31,777 nucleotides of DNA from Bdellovibrionota bacterium. Its GTDB lineage: Bacteria; Bdellovibrionota_C; UBA2361; JBIKWN01. The translations under genes and the position numbers were made by a program. Location: contig JBIKWN010000027.1 of the NCBI GenBank assembly GCA_044356295.1, forward strand, positions 1-31,777, read 5' to 3'. The notes under the pieces are model-generated. The model searched no databases. It was not told where the DNA came from and saw only the letters and a list, made by a program, of their open reading frames with translations. This document shows positions 1-9,142 of this stretch, one piece after another. Within the stretch, counting starts at the first letter, position 1; every line of letters starts with the position of its first letter.

Positions 1-71
1 GTTGAGCAATTAGTTTAAGGGCAGGGGATATCGAATTGGCACTTTTCTAGCCGACATAGATTTAAAGAGAA

Positions 72-286
72 TCACTCATCATAAGGAATAGTGGAAGGTT
101 CAGTACTAGGAGGAGCATTGGACTTAAATGGTTCAGGGATAGTCCAAGCAGGAATACCAAGATTTTTAAGAAGCCTGTTAATTTCGTTAGAATTAGTAAT
201 AAAAGAGACAACTCGCATAGTGGAACTACACTTTGGACAAATCAGCGGGTCAATCTCGAATACACGCTTTATGAGGGAAGCCCAGG
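72..286 (-). pseudogene. C-terminal remnant of an IS91-family (Y2 rolling-circle) transposase, truncated by the IS3 element
   Basis: WASLIKRVFEIDPLICPKCSSTMRVVSFI...LGIP...APP matches the typical IS91/ISCR-type transposase C-terminus (W-x4-RVFEIDPL-x-CPxC). The ORF-track start at 299 lies inside the IS3 left IR. Confidence 0.75.
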
Positions 287-317
287 TGTAAAGGTTCACC
301 GGAAAACGAACATTTTA
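287..317 (+). repeat. IS3 left terminal inverted repeat
   Basis: Imperfect inverted match to 1706-1736, sharing the core AAACGAACATTT. Confidence 0.85.
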
Positions 318-366
318 TGTAAACAAATAACCTACTATTCTTATGGAATTAAGAAGGAGAATAGAA

Positions 367-696
367 ATGGGAAAAGTAATAAAGAAGAGAAATTACTATA
401 CATCGGAGCAAAAGGTTTCAATCTTAAAGAGACATCTGATAGAGAAAGAAGAAATATCATCAATCTGTGAAGAGTTACATCTTCACCCGACAGTATTTTA
501 TGAATGATTTTATGAATGGCAGCGAAAGTTTTTCGAAAATGGCGTCAAAGCTTTCGAGTCTGAAGAGAAACATGCAACAAAGAAACAGCAAGAAAAGATA
601 GAGTTTCTTGAAGCAAAGCTAAAGCGTAAAGATACGGCATTAGCTGAGCTCGTCGAAGAGTTAATAGCAGAAAAAAAAAGAGCTGGGGAAGACTGA
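367..696 (+). pseudogene. IS3 OrfA (HTH) with an internal stop
   Basis: RBS AAGGAG at 354-359 and ATG at 367. Reads MGKVIKKRNYYTSEQKVSILKRHL...PTVFYE*FYEWQRKFFENG...EKKRAGED. The TGA at 505-507 is created by a 12-bp tandem duplication. Confidence 0.88.
671..680 (+). promoter_or_regulatory. Programmed -1 ribosomal frameshift slippery site (A9G, contains A AAA AAG)
   Basis: Sits at the end of orfA. orfB (696) is in the -1 frame relative to orfA (367), the standard IS3 arrangement. Confidence 0.75.
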
Positions 697-1663
697 TGAA
701 GCGTTGGGTAGAGCCGCATATCCGAGATACTGTAGTAGACTTTGTCCAGTACTGGGAAAAGCGAGCAGAGCTTAAAAGAGGCTTATTTCTTCATTCTCTT
801 GGATTAAGACGCAATAAGTTTTCATCATGGGAGTCTCGTTACGGTAAAGACAACTTTCATAATGGTAAGATTCACCGTGACTTTTGGTTAGAAGACTGGG
901 AGAAGGAAGCTATTATTGAGTATCATAAAAATCATTCACAAGATGGCTACCGATCAGTTACCTATCAGATGATGGATGCAGATGTTGTCGCAGTATCGCC
1001 TGCGACAGTGTATAGAGTGCTAAAATCGTATGGATTCTTGAATAAATGGAATGCATCAAAAGTGTCACTAAAAGGCACAGGATTTCACCAACCACTTCAT
1101 CCGCATCAGCATTGGCATGTAGATATCTCATATTTGAATATCTGTGGAACATTCTACTACTTCATAGCAGTACTTGATGGATGTAGTAGATTTGTCATTC
1201 ACTGGGATATTAGAGAATCAATGACTGAGCGGGATGTTGAACTGGTAATTCAAAGAGCCAGGGAAGTTTTCCCTGGGGTTACTCCACGGATTATCAGTGA
1301 TAATGGTCCGCAGTTTATATCAAGAGATTTTAAAGAGTTCATCAGAATCTCTGGTATGAGTCATGTAAGAACTTCACCGTACTATCGCAGGCAAATGGGA
1401 AGTTTGAAAGATTTAATAGAACTATTAAGTCAGAGTGCATTCGTCCCAAGTCTCCAGTATCACTGGATGATGCAAAGCGGATCGTAACTACATTCATTGA
1501 GGAGTATAACACCAAGCGTCTTCACAGTTCACTTGGATTTGTTACTCCTTATGATAGACTGACTGGAAGGCACTTACAGATTTTTCAAGCTCGGGATGCT
1601 AAATTAGAATCAGCTCGCGCAAGAAGAAAAGCTGCTAGAGAAAACGTTCTCTTGGCTGCTTAA
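696..1663 (+). pseudogene. IS3 OrfB (integrase-core/DDE transposase), frameshifted
   Basis: Contains WHVDISY and IISDNGPQF. A 1-bp deletion near 1386 breaks SPYY(P)QANGKFERFNRTIKSE. The shifted frame continues YNTKRLHSSLGFVTP to TAA at 1663. Confidence 0.9.
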
Positions 1664-1705
1664 ACATTAACATTTAAATATGGGAATTGTAGGTTATAGA
1701 AATAC

Positions 1706-1736
1706 TTAAATGTTCGTTTCCAGCTGAGGCGGAACA
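1706..1736 (-). repeat. IS3 right terminal inverted repeat
   Basis: Ends ...GGAACA at 1736 and is an inverted match to 287-317. Confidence 0.85.
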
Positions 1737-1927
1737 GGACAATACATGATATGCAAGCAGGATATTTTACAACAGGCAGTCGTTTTATAAACGATTTATT
1801 ATCTGGAGCTTTTACAGGATTAAAACTAGGTTGGATCATAGCAGCTCTTTCTGTCCCGTATAATATTATAGGTTTAATTATTGGTTATTTTATAACTAGA
1901 TATGTAAATGTTAGATACATAAATTGA
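1737..1927 (+). pseudogene. 3' remnant of a small membrane-protein gene truncated at the IS end
   Basis: An open frame runs from the IS end: TIHDMQAGYFTTGSRFINDLLSGAFTGLKLGWIIAALSVPYNIIGLIIGYFITRYVNVRYIN*. It is hydrophobic and has no evident RBS. Confidence 0.5.
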
Positions 1928-1993
1928 TAATCTTAGGCTGCTTAAAAAAAATAACTACAAGTAAATTTATGTCACATTTGATATAACTGTCAT

Positions 1994-2788
1994 ATGAATT
2001 TAAAAAAGCAAGAAGATATTCTAGCAGCCATGCATCAGGTTATCAGCGAACATGGCCCTTGGACGGCGCATAATATCTGCCTAGTTGATGATCTGTATAC
2101 GATAGGTGGAGGGATGCAAGCAGAGTATCCAGGATTAGTAGATATAATCAAAGATTTTATCAAAGAAAAACTAGAAAATATTAAAGTACTAGATTTAGGA
2201 TGTTTAGAAGGAGGACATTCTATTACATTTGCTAGGCAAGGTTGTTCTGTACTTGGAATAGAGGGAAGGGCTTCTAATATAGCAAAAGCAAACTTTGCAA
2301 AAAATTGTAATAATTTAGACAACGTTAAGTTTCAACTTGAAGATGTTAGAAATTTAAATTGCATTAAACATGGATATTTTGATGTTGTTATTTGTTCAGG
2401 TATTTTATATCACCTGGATACCCCAGATGTATTCGAATTTCTTCAAAATGTTTCAGCTTGCTGTACAGGTATTGCATATATAAATACACATTTTGTAATT
2501 GAGGATGAACACTTAAAGACAGATAATTTTCCAAATGTTCAAGAAATTAAAACAATTACATATGCAGGCAAAAATTTTAAAGGTGCAAAATACATAGAAC
2601 ATCCTGAAAATTTAACTGAGCAAGAAAAAGAAGGTAATTTATGGAGCTCAATTGGCAACAATTATTCTTTTTGGCCAACATATGACTCACTTGTTGATAT
2701 GATTAAATTTTCTGGATTTTCAAGGGTTTATCGTATTCTTGATGTAGCGCAAAGCCCAAATAGATGTTCATTTATTGCGGTTAAATAA
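1994..2788 (+). CDS. Class I SAM-dependent methyltransferase
   Basis: Motif I VLDLGCLEGG, acidic GIEGR, and FDVVICSGILYHL. Confidence 0.9.
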   Translation: MNLKKQEDILAAMHQVISEHGPWTAHNICLVDDLYTIGGGMQAEYPGLVDIIKDFIKEKLENIKVLDLGCLEGGHSITFARQGCSVLGIEGRASNIAKANFAKNCNNLDNVKFQLEDVRNLNCIKHGYFDVVICSGILYHLDTPDVFEFLQNVSACCTGIAYINTHFVIEDEHLKTDNFPNVQEIKTITYAGKNFKGAKYIEHPENLTEQEKEGNLWSSIGNNYSFWPTYDSLVDMIKFSGFSRVYRILDVAQSPNRCSFIAVK

Positions 2789-2826
2789 CACAGGTAAATA
2801 CTTGAAATTACTAGTATAAATAATAG

Positions 2827-2854
2827 TATAGTTTTATTAGCAATAAGCCGATCT
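2827..2854 (+). promoter_or_regulatory. Putative sigma28 (FliA/SigD)-like promoter
   Basis: TATA-N16-GCCGATCT versus consensus TAAA-N15/16-GCCGATAA. Lies upstream of the three-gene operon. Confidence 0.35.
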
Positions 2855-2952
2855 ATTAAGTGTGTGGAATATTCTGAGCAGATTAATTGATTTTATTAAA
2901 CTCACAAAACGAAAGTATTGTGAGTTTAAGACAAAGCGCAAAAGGCTTAAGA

Positions 2953-3801
2953 ATGTCGATCGCACGCAAATATATCCCCTTTGGTAGCATTCCTCCTAGC
3001 ATTTATGCTGGATGCTCTAGTACGAGCTGGTGTTCGACAGATTCTAAAGAGAATTATTTAGTAAGAAATCCTAAGTCTTCATACAGTGATAAAGATTTTG
3101 AATATAGATTCAATACATTAGGATATCGTTGTCCAAATTTTGTATCCTATAAAAATGATTTAAAAATTCTATCACTTGGATGCAGTAATACTTTTGGTGT
3201 AGGAATAAAGCAAGAGGACTTATTTCATGAAATTGTTGCAAATGATCTAAGTAATAAATCTAATAAAAATGTAGTAAATTGGAATTTGTCTATTCCAGGT
3301 GCAAGTAATGATTATATTTTAAGAATGCTTTTACTTGCATATTCTACTTTAAATCCTGATCTAGTTTTAATTAATTTTACTTTTGCTAATCGTAGAGAAT
3401 ATTTTAGCGCAGATGGATTGATGCATAGATATACACCTGTTTCGAAAGAATTAGTTGAGCCTGCATTTAGAGAAGTTCATCAAAGACTATGGGATTTAAG
3501 TAGTGATTATGATGATGAAGTTGTTTTGTTTAGAAACTATAGTGTTGTAAAAAATATTCTAAAAGATACGCCTTGGCTATGCTCGTTTTGCATGAAAGAC
3601 CAAACAGACTTAATTAAAGATCATATAGATGATAGAACATATGTTGGAGAAATGGAGTTTTGGCCAAAAGTAATTGATCTAGCAAGAGATGGGCAACATG
3701 TAGGCCCAAAAACCCATAAAATATTAGCAGATAAGTACATTTCAAAGATCATAGAAGAGTCTGTTATCGAAAAAATCTTAAATAAAGGTGATTCAAAATG
3801 A
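2953..3801 (+). CDS. SGNH/GDSL-like hydrolase-fold protein (start may be 2887)
   Basis: Block I LGCSNTFGVG, block II NLSIPGASND, and C-terminal ARDGQH (DxxH). ATG at 2953 is preferred over the upstream TTG. Confidence 0.7.
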   Translation: MSIARKYIPFGSIPPSIYAGCSSTSWCSTDSKENYLVRNPKSSYSDKDFEYRFNTLGYRCPNFVSYKNDLKILSLGCSNTFGVGIKQEDLFHEIVANDLSNKSNKNVVNWNLSIPGASNDYILRMLLLAYSTLNPDLVLINFTFANRREYFSADGLMHRYTPVSKELVEPAFREVHQRLWDLSSDYDDEVVLFRNYSVVKNILKDTPWLCSFCMKDQTDLIKDHIDDRTYVGEMEFWPKVIDLARDGQHVGPKTHKILADKYISKIIEESVIEKILNKGDSK

Positions 3802-4652
3802 ATCATGAAATGCTAGTAAGTAAAATTTTAGAAAACTTATCAGCATTACCTTATGTTAATGCAGTGGTGTTGATAGGATCTTTTGCTGAACCAAATAAAG
3901 CTAGATTTGATGAGTATTCTGATATTGAGATACTAACTTTTGTAACACCTGGAACGTCTGCTTTAGCCGATCAAGATATTCAAAATATTAATTTCTGGCT
4001 AAATGGCGAAGTTGTTTTTATTTATTATAAAGACATAGCTGGCTGGATTGGTGTAACTAAAGACGGAATCAGATTTGAAGTTAAGTTTACACAGCCTGAA
4101 GACAAAAACTATTTTCTTACAAAATTAAAAGGTCCAGCTCCTGGTGCTCATCAGGTGTTATTTAAAAAGCCTGGATTTAATATCCCACTAGCACCTCAAC
4201 CTAGATATAAAATTTTATCTAAAGATGAACTTTTGTATCAAATAAAAGATTTTTTATACATGATTCTTCATGCATCTCAACATTTTGCTAGAAATGAATT
4301 ATGGATTCCAAGAAAAGTAATAGAAGTACATGTACATAAGATATTGCTTGTATTGCTTAAAAATATTTCTTACCAACATCAACTGCTTTATCCAATGGAT
4401 GATAGACTAGAATTGGTAGTTAAGTGGGAAGATAGAGCATTTTTAGGAACTCTTGCTACAAGATATGATAAAGATGAGATTAGATTAGCTCTGATAAAAT
4501 CTGTTGAAATATTAACATCATTTGTAGATAAGATGAAAAATAATGATATCGATGCAACAGAAGAGCTAGAAGCATTAAAATCTCAATTAATGCCTCTTGT
4601 TATGAAGAACTTATTTAAAGGAGCTCTTTATAATGAAGAATTCAACTGTTGA
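3798..4652 (+). CDS. Pol-beta-superfamily nucleotidyltransferase, Lnu/aminoglycoside adenylyltransferase-like
   Basis: LIGSFA...DEYSDIE motif followed by a helical C-terminal domain containing RNELW. Overlaps the upstream gene by ATGA. Confidence 0.75.
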   Translation: MNHEMLVSKILENLSALPYVNAVVLIGSFAEPNKARFDEYSDIEILTFVTPGTSALADQDIQNINFWLNGEVVFIYYKDIAGWIGVTKDGIRFEVKFTQPEDKNYFLTKLKGPAPGAHQVLFKKPGFNIPLAPQPRYKILSKDELLYQIKDFLYMILHASQHFARNELWIPRKVIEVHVHKILLVLLKNISYQHQLLYPMDDRLELVVKWEDRAFLGTLATRYDKDEIRLALIKSVEILTSFVDKMKNNDIDATEELEALKSQLMPLVMKNLFKGALYNEEFNC

Positions 4653-7044
4653 TAGCTTGACTGGATTTATTGATGAAGTATCAATAGATACTTCCTTAGG
4701 AAATAGTTATGTCAAAGTTTCAGGCTGGGTAATGAACCTAGAAAGAGCATGGATTGATATAAAAATAGGAATAAAAAATAGCGACAATCTTCACTCTGTT
4801 ATTAGATGTAAAAGGCCTGATATTCAAAATAATTATCCGCATATTGCCCATAGTAGGGATTGTGGTTTTGTAGCATATATACCTGTTGCGGATGGAAATA
4901 CTTTTAAGTACTCAAATATTTGTTTAATTATTCAGACTAAATTTGAAGATGGAAGTAAACTAGAGAAAAAAGTAGAGTTAGCTATACCTAATAATGATTG
5001 TGATAATTCTTATTCAATTTTTGATAATTCTAATAAAAACTTTTTAAAAGATATTACTGAAATTAGAAATCAATCGTTTAAAGATGCCTATAAATCATTC
5101 GTAAAATCTGGATATAGTTTAAAAGTTGGATCAAATTGTACCAATCCAGATTTATCTGTTTGTCTTGTAGCTTACAATCAGGCTCATATGACGTTAGCTT
5201 GCTTAAAAAGCCTTGCAAGCCACTGCGATGTTTCTTATGAAGTTATTCTTGTTGATAATAATTCAGATCAAGAAACACAAAACTTTTATGGGCAATTAAA
5301 GGGTAACATAAAGATTATTCGTTTAAAAAGTAATGTTCATTATTTATTGGCGATGAACCATGCAATTAAAATTGCTAAGGGCAAATATACATTATTGTTA
5401 AATAATGATGTTCAACTTGAACAAAGCTGCCTAAATGTAGCTATAAATAAATTATCTACTGAAAAAGATCTTGGTATACTTGGTGGAAAGTTAATTAGAC
5501 CAGATGGATTATTGCAAGAAGCCGGATCTATAACTTGGAAAGATGGCTCTACTAGTGGATATGGAGTGGGTCAAGATCCATCATTACCTGAATTTAATTT
5601 TACAAGAGAAGTAGATTATATTTCTGGAGCATTACTGTTTTCTTACACTAATTTACTAAAACAGATAGGATTATTTGATCAAAGATTTGCTCCAGCCTAT
5701 TACGAAGATGCAGATTTGTGCATAAGGGTTAAAAAGCTAGGACTTAAAGTCTTATATGATCCAAAAATAATAGGAGTTCATTTTGAAAAAACAAGTAGTA
5801 AAGGAAGTAACTTTGCCAAAGAACAAATAATAAAAAATAAGAATATTTTTTTTACAAAGCATCAAGATTACTTATCTAATCGCGTAATGCCTAATCCTTA
5901 TTACGAATTATATATGCGCGAGTCTTTGCCTAGAAAAAACCGAGTTTTATATATTGATGATTTCATTCCAAATCCAAAACAGGGCCAAGGCCAGCCTAGG
6001 ATGCTCTCTGTATTAAGTACATTGCATAATTTAAATTTTCAAATAAGTTTATTTGCGACTAATTCTGAAATTTCAACAAATAATAATTTTTTTAGTCATG
6101 AATATGTAGAAGTATACGCTTCGAAAGAAAAAAAAGATCTATATTCCCATCTATTTGAGCGTGATAAATATTATGACTTTATTGTTGTTTCTAGACCTCA
6201 TAACTTACAAATCTTATCTGACTTCTTTGATTTATTTAATGAAATTGAAAGACCAATTATTATTTATGACTCTGAAGCAATTTTTGCATTAAGAGAGATT
6301 TCTAAGAAGCAAGTTTTAGAAAATATTAATTTTACAAGTAATGAATCCAAACTTATTATTGAAAAAGAGATTATACCTTGTTCGATAGCTGAATCTATAA
6401 TTACTGTTTCAGAATCTGAAGCCGATATTATTAAATCTATGACAGATATACCTGTTTTTACTGCAGGATGTATTTATTCTCCAAAAGTAACTCATTCTCA
6501 ATTCCATGATAGATCTTCAGTTGTAAGTTTAGGGCCAATCTTAACTTTAGACTCACCTAATACAGATTCACTAAGATGGTTTTTGAATAATATACATCCT
6601 TATCTAAATGATATTGATTACTTTCATATTGGAAATGTAAATCAAGAAATTTTAAATTCAGAATTTTTAGAGCATGCAGATTTATTTGTCGGAGAAGTCG
6701 ATAATTTAGATATCTGGCTATCTAAAGCAAGAGTATTCGTTGCGCCTCATAGGTATGCTGCCGGTAAACCTTTAAAGGTATTAGAAGCCACTGCGCACGG
6801 TCTTCCTTCGGTAATTTCTCCGTTGCTTGCAAGGCAACTAGGCTGGGATCATGAAAACCAAGCCTTGATAGCAAACACTAAAGAAGAGTATTTAGAGCAA
6901 ATCTATAGGTTACATTCTTGTCAATTAACATGGCAAAAACTTAGAGCCAATGCTATGAAAGATTTATTAGAAAAATATTCTGCTGATAAATTTCAGCAAG
7001 AATTTTCTTTGCCTTTTAAATATTTTTTACAAAAATCTGTTTAA
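4633..7044 (+). CDS. Bifunctional glycosyltransferase (GT2 plus GT4-like C-terminal domain)
   Basis: GT2 motifs EVILVDNNS, LLLNND, VDYISGA and FAPAYYEDADLC. C-terminal FVAPHRYAAGKPLKVLEATAHGLP is GT4-like. Confidence 0.9.
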   Translation: MKNSTVDSLTGFIDEVSIDTSLGNSYVKVSGWVMNLERAWIDIKIGIKNSDNLHSVIRCKRPDIQNNYPHIAHSRDCGFVAYIPVADGNTFKYSNICLIIQTKFEDGSKLEKKVELAIPNNDCDNSYSIFDNSNKNFLKDITEIRNQSFKDAYKSFVKSGYSLKVGSNCTNPDLSVCLVAYNQAHMTLACLKSLASHCDVSYEVILVDNNSDQETQNFYGQLKGNIKIIRLKSNVHYLLAMNHAIKIAKGKYTLLLNNDVQLEQSCLNVAINKLSTEKDLGILGGKLIRPDGLLQEAGSITWKDGSTSGYGVGQDPSLPEFNFTREVDYISGALLFSYTNLLKQIGLFDQRFAPAYYEDADLCIRVKKLGLKVLYDPKIIGVHFEKTSSKGSNFAKEQIIKNKNIFFTKHQDYLSNRVMPNPYYELYMRESLPRKNRVLYIDDFIPNPKQGQGQPRMLSVLSTLHNLNFQISLFATNSEISTNNNFFSHEYVEVYASKEKKDLYSHLFERDKYYDFIVVSRPHNLQILSDFFDLFNEIERPIIIYDSEAIFALREISKKQVLENINFTSNESKLIIEKEIIPCSIAESIITVSESEADIIKSMTDIPVFTAGCIYSPKVTHSQFHDRSSVVSLGPILTLDSPNTDSLRWFLNNIHPYLNDIDYFHIGNVNQEILNSEFLEHADLFVGEVDNLDIWLSKARVFVAPHRYAAGKPLKVLEATAHGLPSVISPLLARQLGWDHENQALIANTKEEYLEQIYRLHSCQLTWQKLRANAMKDLLEKYSADKFQQEFSLPFKYFLQKSV

Positions 7045-7901
7045 TTTAATAATTTTAATACAAGTCCAGGTTGCTGATTAGCCTGAGCAAGAATTGATAT
7101 ACTTGCTTGGTTTAGTATCTGATTTTTAATTAAGTTTGCTGATTCTTCTGCAACATCAATATCTTGAATTCTACTTAATGCTGAAGAATAACTTTCTCTT
7201 GAGGATGAAAGATTATTTAAAGCAGATGATAGTCTGCTTGCAGCTGCGCCTAGATTTCCTCTTTGAGATGCTACGTATTCAATTGCATTAGTGACAGCCT
7301 GCAATGCTGTGCGGGCAGCAGCTTGTGAGTTAGATACAGAGTCAGAAATCAATGAATATGTTAACGATGAACTACCTGTACCAGCTAATGACATAGAAGA
7401 TAATGTTCCTTGAACTTGGCTAACTAGTATTACTGATGATGAGGTTCCATTAAGCCCAACCTGCAATCCGATTTGACTAATACCGCTAAGAAGATTTATC
7501 CCATTAAACTTAGTGGTTGTTGACACCCTTTCTATCTCAGAAGCTAATGCAATAAATTCATTTGATAACGCCGACCTTTGCGTATTTGAATATGTTCCAT
7601 TGGCAGATTGTTCTGCTAATTCGGCCATTCTAGAAAGTACATTAGTAACTTCGCTTAGGCCTCCGTCTGCAATTGTGATCATTGATACGCCATCATTTGT
7701 ATTTCGAATAGCAGCTGTTGATATTCGAATATCTTTTTGCAATGACATGGCAATAGATAGTGATGCAGCATCATCTGATACCTTATTTATGCGCATGCCC
7801 GAAGAAAGCTTTTCAAAAGTGTTGGTAAGGCCTTCTTGTGCCTTAGCAAGACTTCTTTGAGCCCTTAAGGAGGACGCGTTTGAGAAGATCGTATTACTCA
7901 C
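7041..7901 (-). CDS. fliC: Flagellin (short, 286 aa)
   Basis: Conserved EKLSSGMRINKVSDDAA, RMAELAEQSANGT, RGNLGA, SRIQDIDVAEES and ILAQANQQP. GTG start. Confidence 0.95.
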   Translation of the reverse strand: MSNTIFSNASSLRAQRSLAKAQEGLTNTFEKLSSGMRINKVSDDAASLSIAMSLQKDIRISTAAIRNTNDGVSMITIADGGLSEVTNVLSRMAELAEQSANGTYSNTQRSALSNEFIALASEIERVSTTTKFNGINLLSGISQIGLQVGLNGTSSSVILVSQVQGTLSSMSLAGTGSSSLTYSLISDSVSNSQAAARTALQAVTNAIEYVASQRGNLGAAASRLSSALNNLSSSRESYSSALSRIQDIDVAEESANLIKNQILNQASISILAQANQQPGLVLKLLN

Positions 7902-7923
7902 ACCACCACACGTAAAATACGAA

Positions 7924-7951
7924 TTTTTCTTACTTAATTAAGTAAGAAAAA
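7924..7951. repeat. Perfect 28-bp palindrome in the flagellin leader
   Basis: TTTTTCTTACTTAA|TTAAGTAAGAAAAA, 22 bp upstream of the start codon. Confidence 0.85.
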
Positions 7952-7969
7952 ATTCACTGCATATATGTA

Positions 7970-7997
7970 AATTCGTAAAAAGTGGGTATTTTCTTTA
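7970..7997 (-). promoter_or_regulatory. Weak sigma28-like promoter for flagellin
   Basis: Minus strand reads TAAA-N16-TACGAATT. The -10 match is only partial. Confidence 0.25.
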
Positions 7998-8261
7998 AAG
8001 CAATTATAGCTGATTGGAACGATACGATCTGACGAGCTAAGTAATTGATAATGCTATGCTTTTTGCGTTACCAAGGTACTTTAGTAATTATAGTTTAAGC
8101 TTTTAGTAAGATAAAAAATAAAATATGAATTTATAGTAAAATTTTTTTGTTCATATGTTTAATAAGTCTAAAATGTATTTTTAAATTTTCTTATCACTGT
8201 CGAAGATGTATTTCTTAATGTATCGTTATTTAGATTAAATAAAAGTCTATTTAAAAAGCTG

Positions 8262-8860
8262 ATGACTATGAATGCAAAAAACTCTTTTATTACTTCGTTA
8301 TTTGTTATTCAGTTTTTAATTAATAGTTTTGTCACTGATAGTTCTTGGTCTGATGCAGCACCAAAAGTAATTTGCGCAAATAAAAAAAGTGGAAAGCTTT
8401 CTTTAAAAGTAAAATGTAGTAAGTCCGAGACTTTATTAAAAAACCTAACTCATTAGGTGATGGTTCAGGTGGCGGAGGTGGAGGATTTGTACTTCTTGCT
8501 TCTGCAACAAAAATTTTAGTTGATGGAGATGTCGAGGTAAAAGGCGGAAACGGTGGTACTGCGGGTGTACTAGTTGCTCAAGGCGGAGGCGGTGGTGGTG
8601 GAGTCATTTTAACAGTTGCTCCTATTGTAATTTTAAATGGAAACGCAATTAATACCGGCGGACAAAATGGATCAGAAGTAGGAGCAGGAGAAGTTTCTTC
8701 AAATCCTAGATATAGCGGCGCAGGTGGTGGTGGATCTTGTGGGGACGGCGAAAATGGGGGAATTGTAAACGTAGATGGTTCAACTGATAGTTTAAATGCT
8801 AAAGGGCAAGACGGGTGCAGCTATACCGAATTGGCCGATCCTACGTCATTATTATTTTAG
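8262..8860 (+). pseudogene. Secreted glycine-rich protein, frameshifted or internally deleted
   Basis: A signal-like N-terminus plus ICANKKSGKLSLKVKC stops at 8456. A different frame from about 8447 reads NSLGDGSGGGGGGFVLLAS...GGGGGGGVIL...ADPTSLLF* (TAG at 8860) with no start codon of its own. Confidence 0.7.
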
Positions 8861-8893
8861 CACATCAAATTTCTATTTAGCCTTGAGCCTGTC

Positions 8894-9142
8894 TTGCTTA
8901 GAGGAGCTAGTTTCATTGCGGCGTTTAGGGCTTCTTGTAAGGCGATTTTGATCAATTTTTTACCCTTACTGTTATTAGGACTCATAATCTTTCTACTCAA
9001 CCTGATGTGCGTGATTACTCTTGGTTTAGGCTATATTATTTTTATCCCTCTCAAGTTCGGGGTTGTTTTTTTTGCTTCTAAAGAGATGATAAATTGTGAC
9101 GCTACTACAGAGTCGCACCACCGTTTTCCCGTTTCCTCCTAA
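8894..9142 (+). pseudogene. C-terminal fragment of an integral membrane protein (BPSS1780-like)
   Basis: AFRASCKAILINFLPLLLLGLI...ITLGLGYIIFIP gives two TM helices resembling the C-terminal part of that family. TTG start with no RBS. Confidence 0.45.

Larger units (their letters stand above)
287..1736 (+). mobile_element. IS3-family insertion sequence, 1450 bp, inactivated
   Basis: TG...CA ends. IRL TGTAAAGGTTCACCGGAAAACGAACATTTTA resembles the reverse complement of IRR, TGTTCCGCCTCAGCTGGAAACGAACATTTAA. Has the orfA/orfB layout with a -1 phase shift and an rve/DDE domain. Confidence 0.93.

Noticed and set aside
505..507. In-frame TGA at a Trp-like position suggesting an alternative genetic code
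   Set aside because: Fully explained by the 12-bp duplication. TGA ends conserved genes normally elsewhere, for example at 24991 and 27284.
285..1738. GG dinucleotide on both IS flanks as a target-site duplication
   Set aside because: Too short for IS3 (usually 3-4 bp), and rejoining the flanks does not restore the IS91 frame.
7513..7860. 115-aa ORF antisense to flagellin, and the other short ORFs nested in bamA, the GTs, ugd and gndA
   Set aside because: They overlap conserved genes and show no motifs or RBS support.
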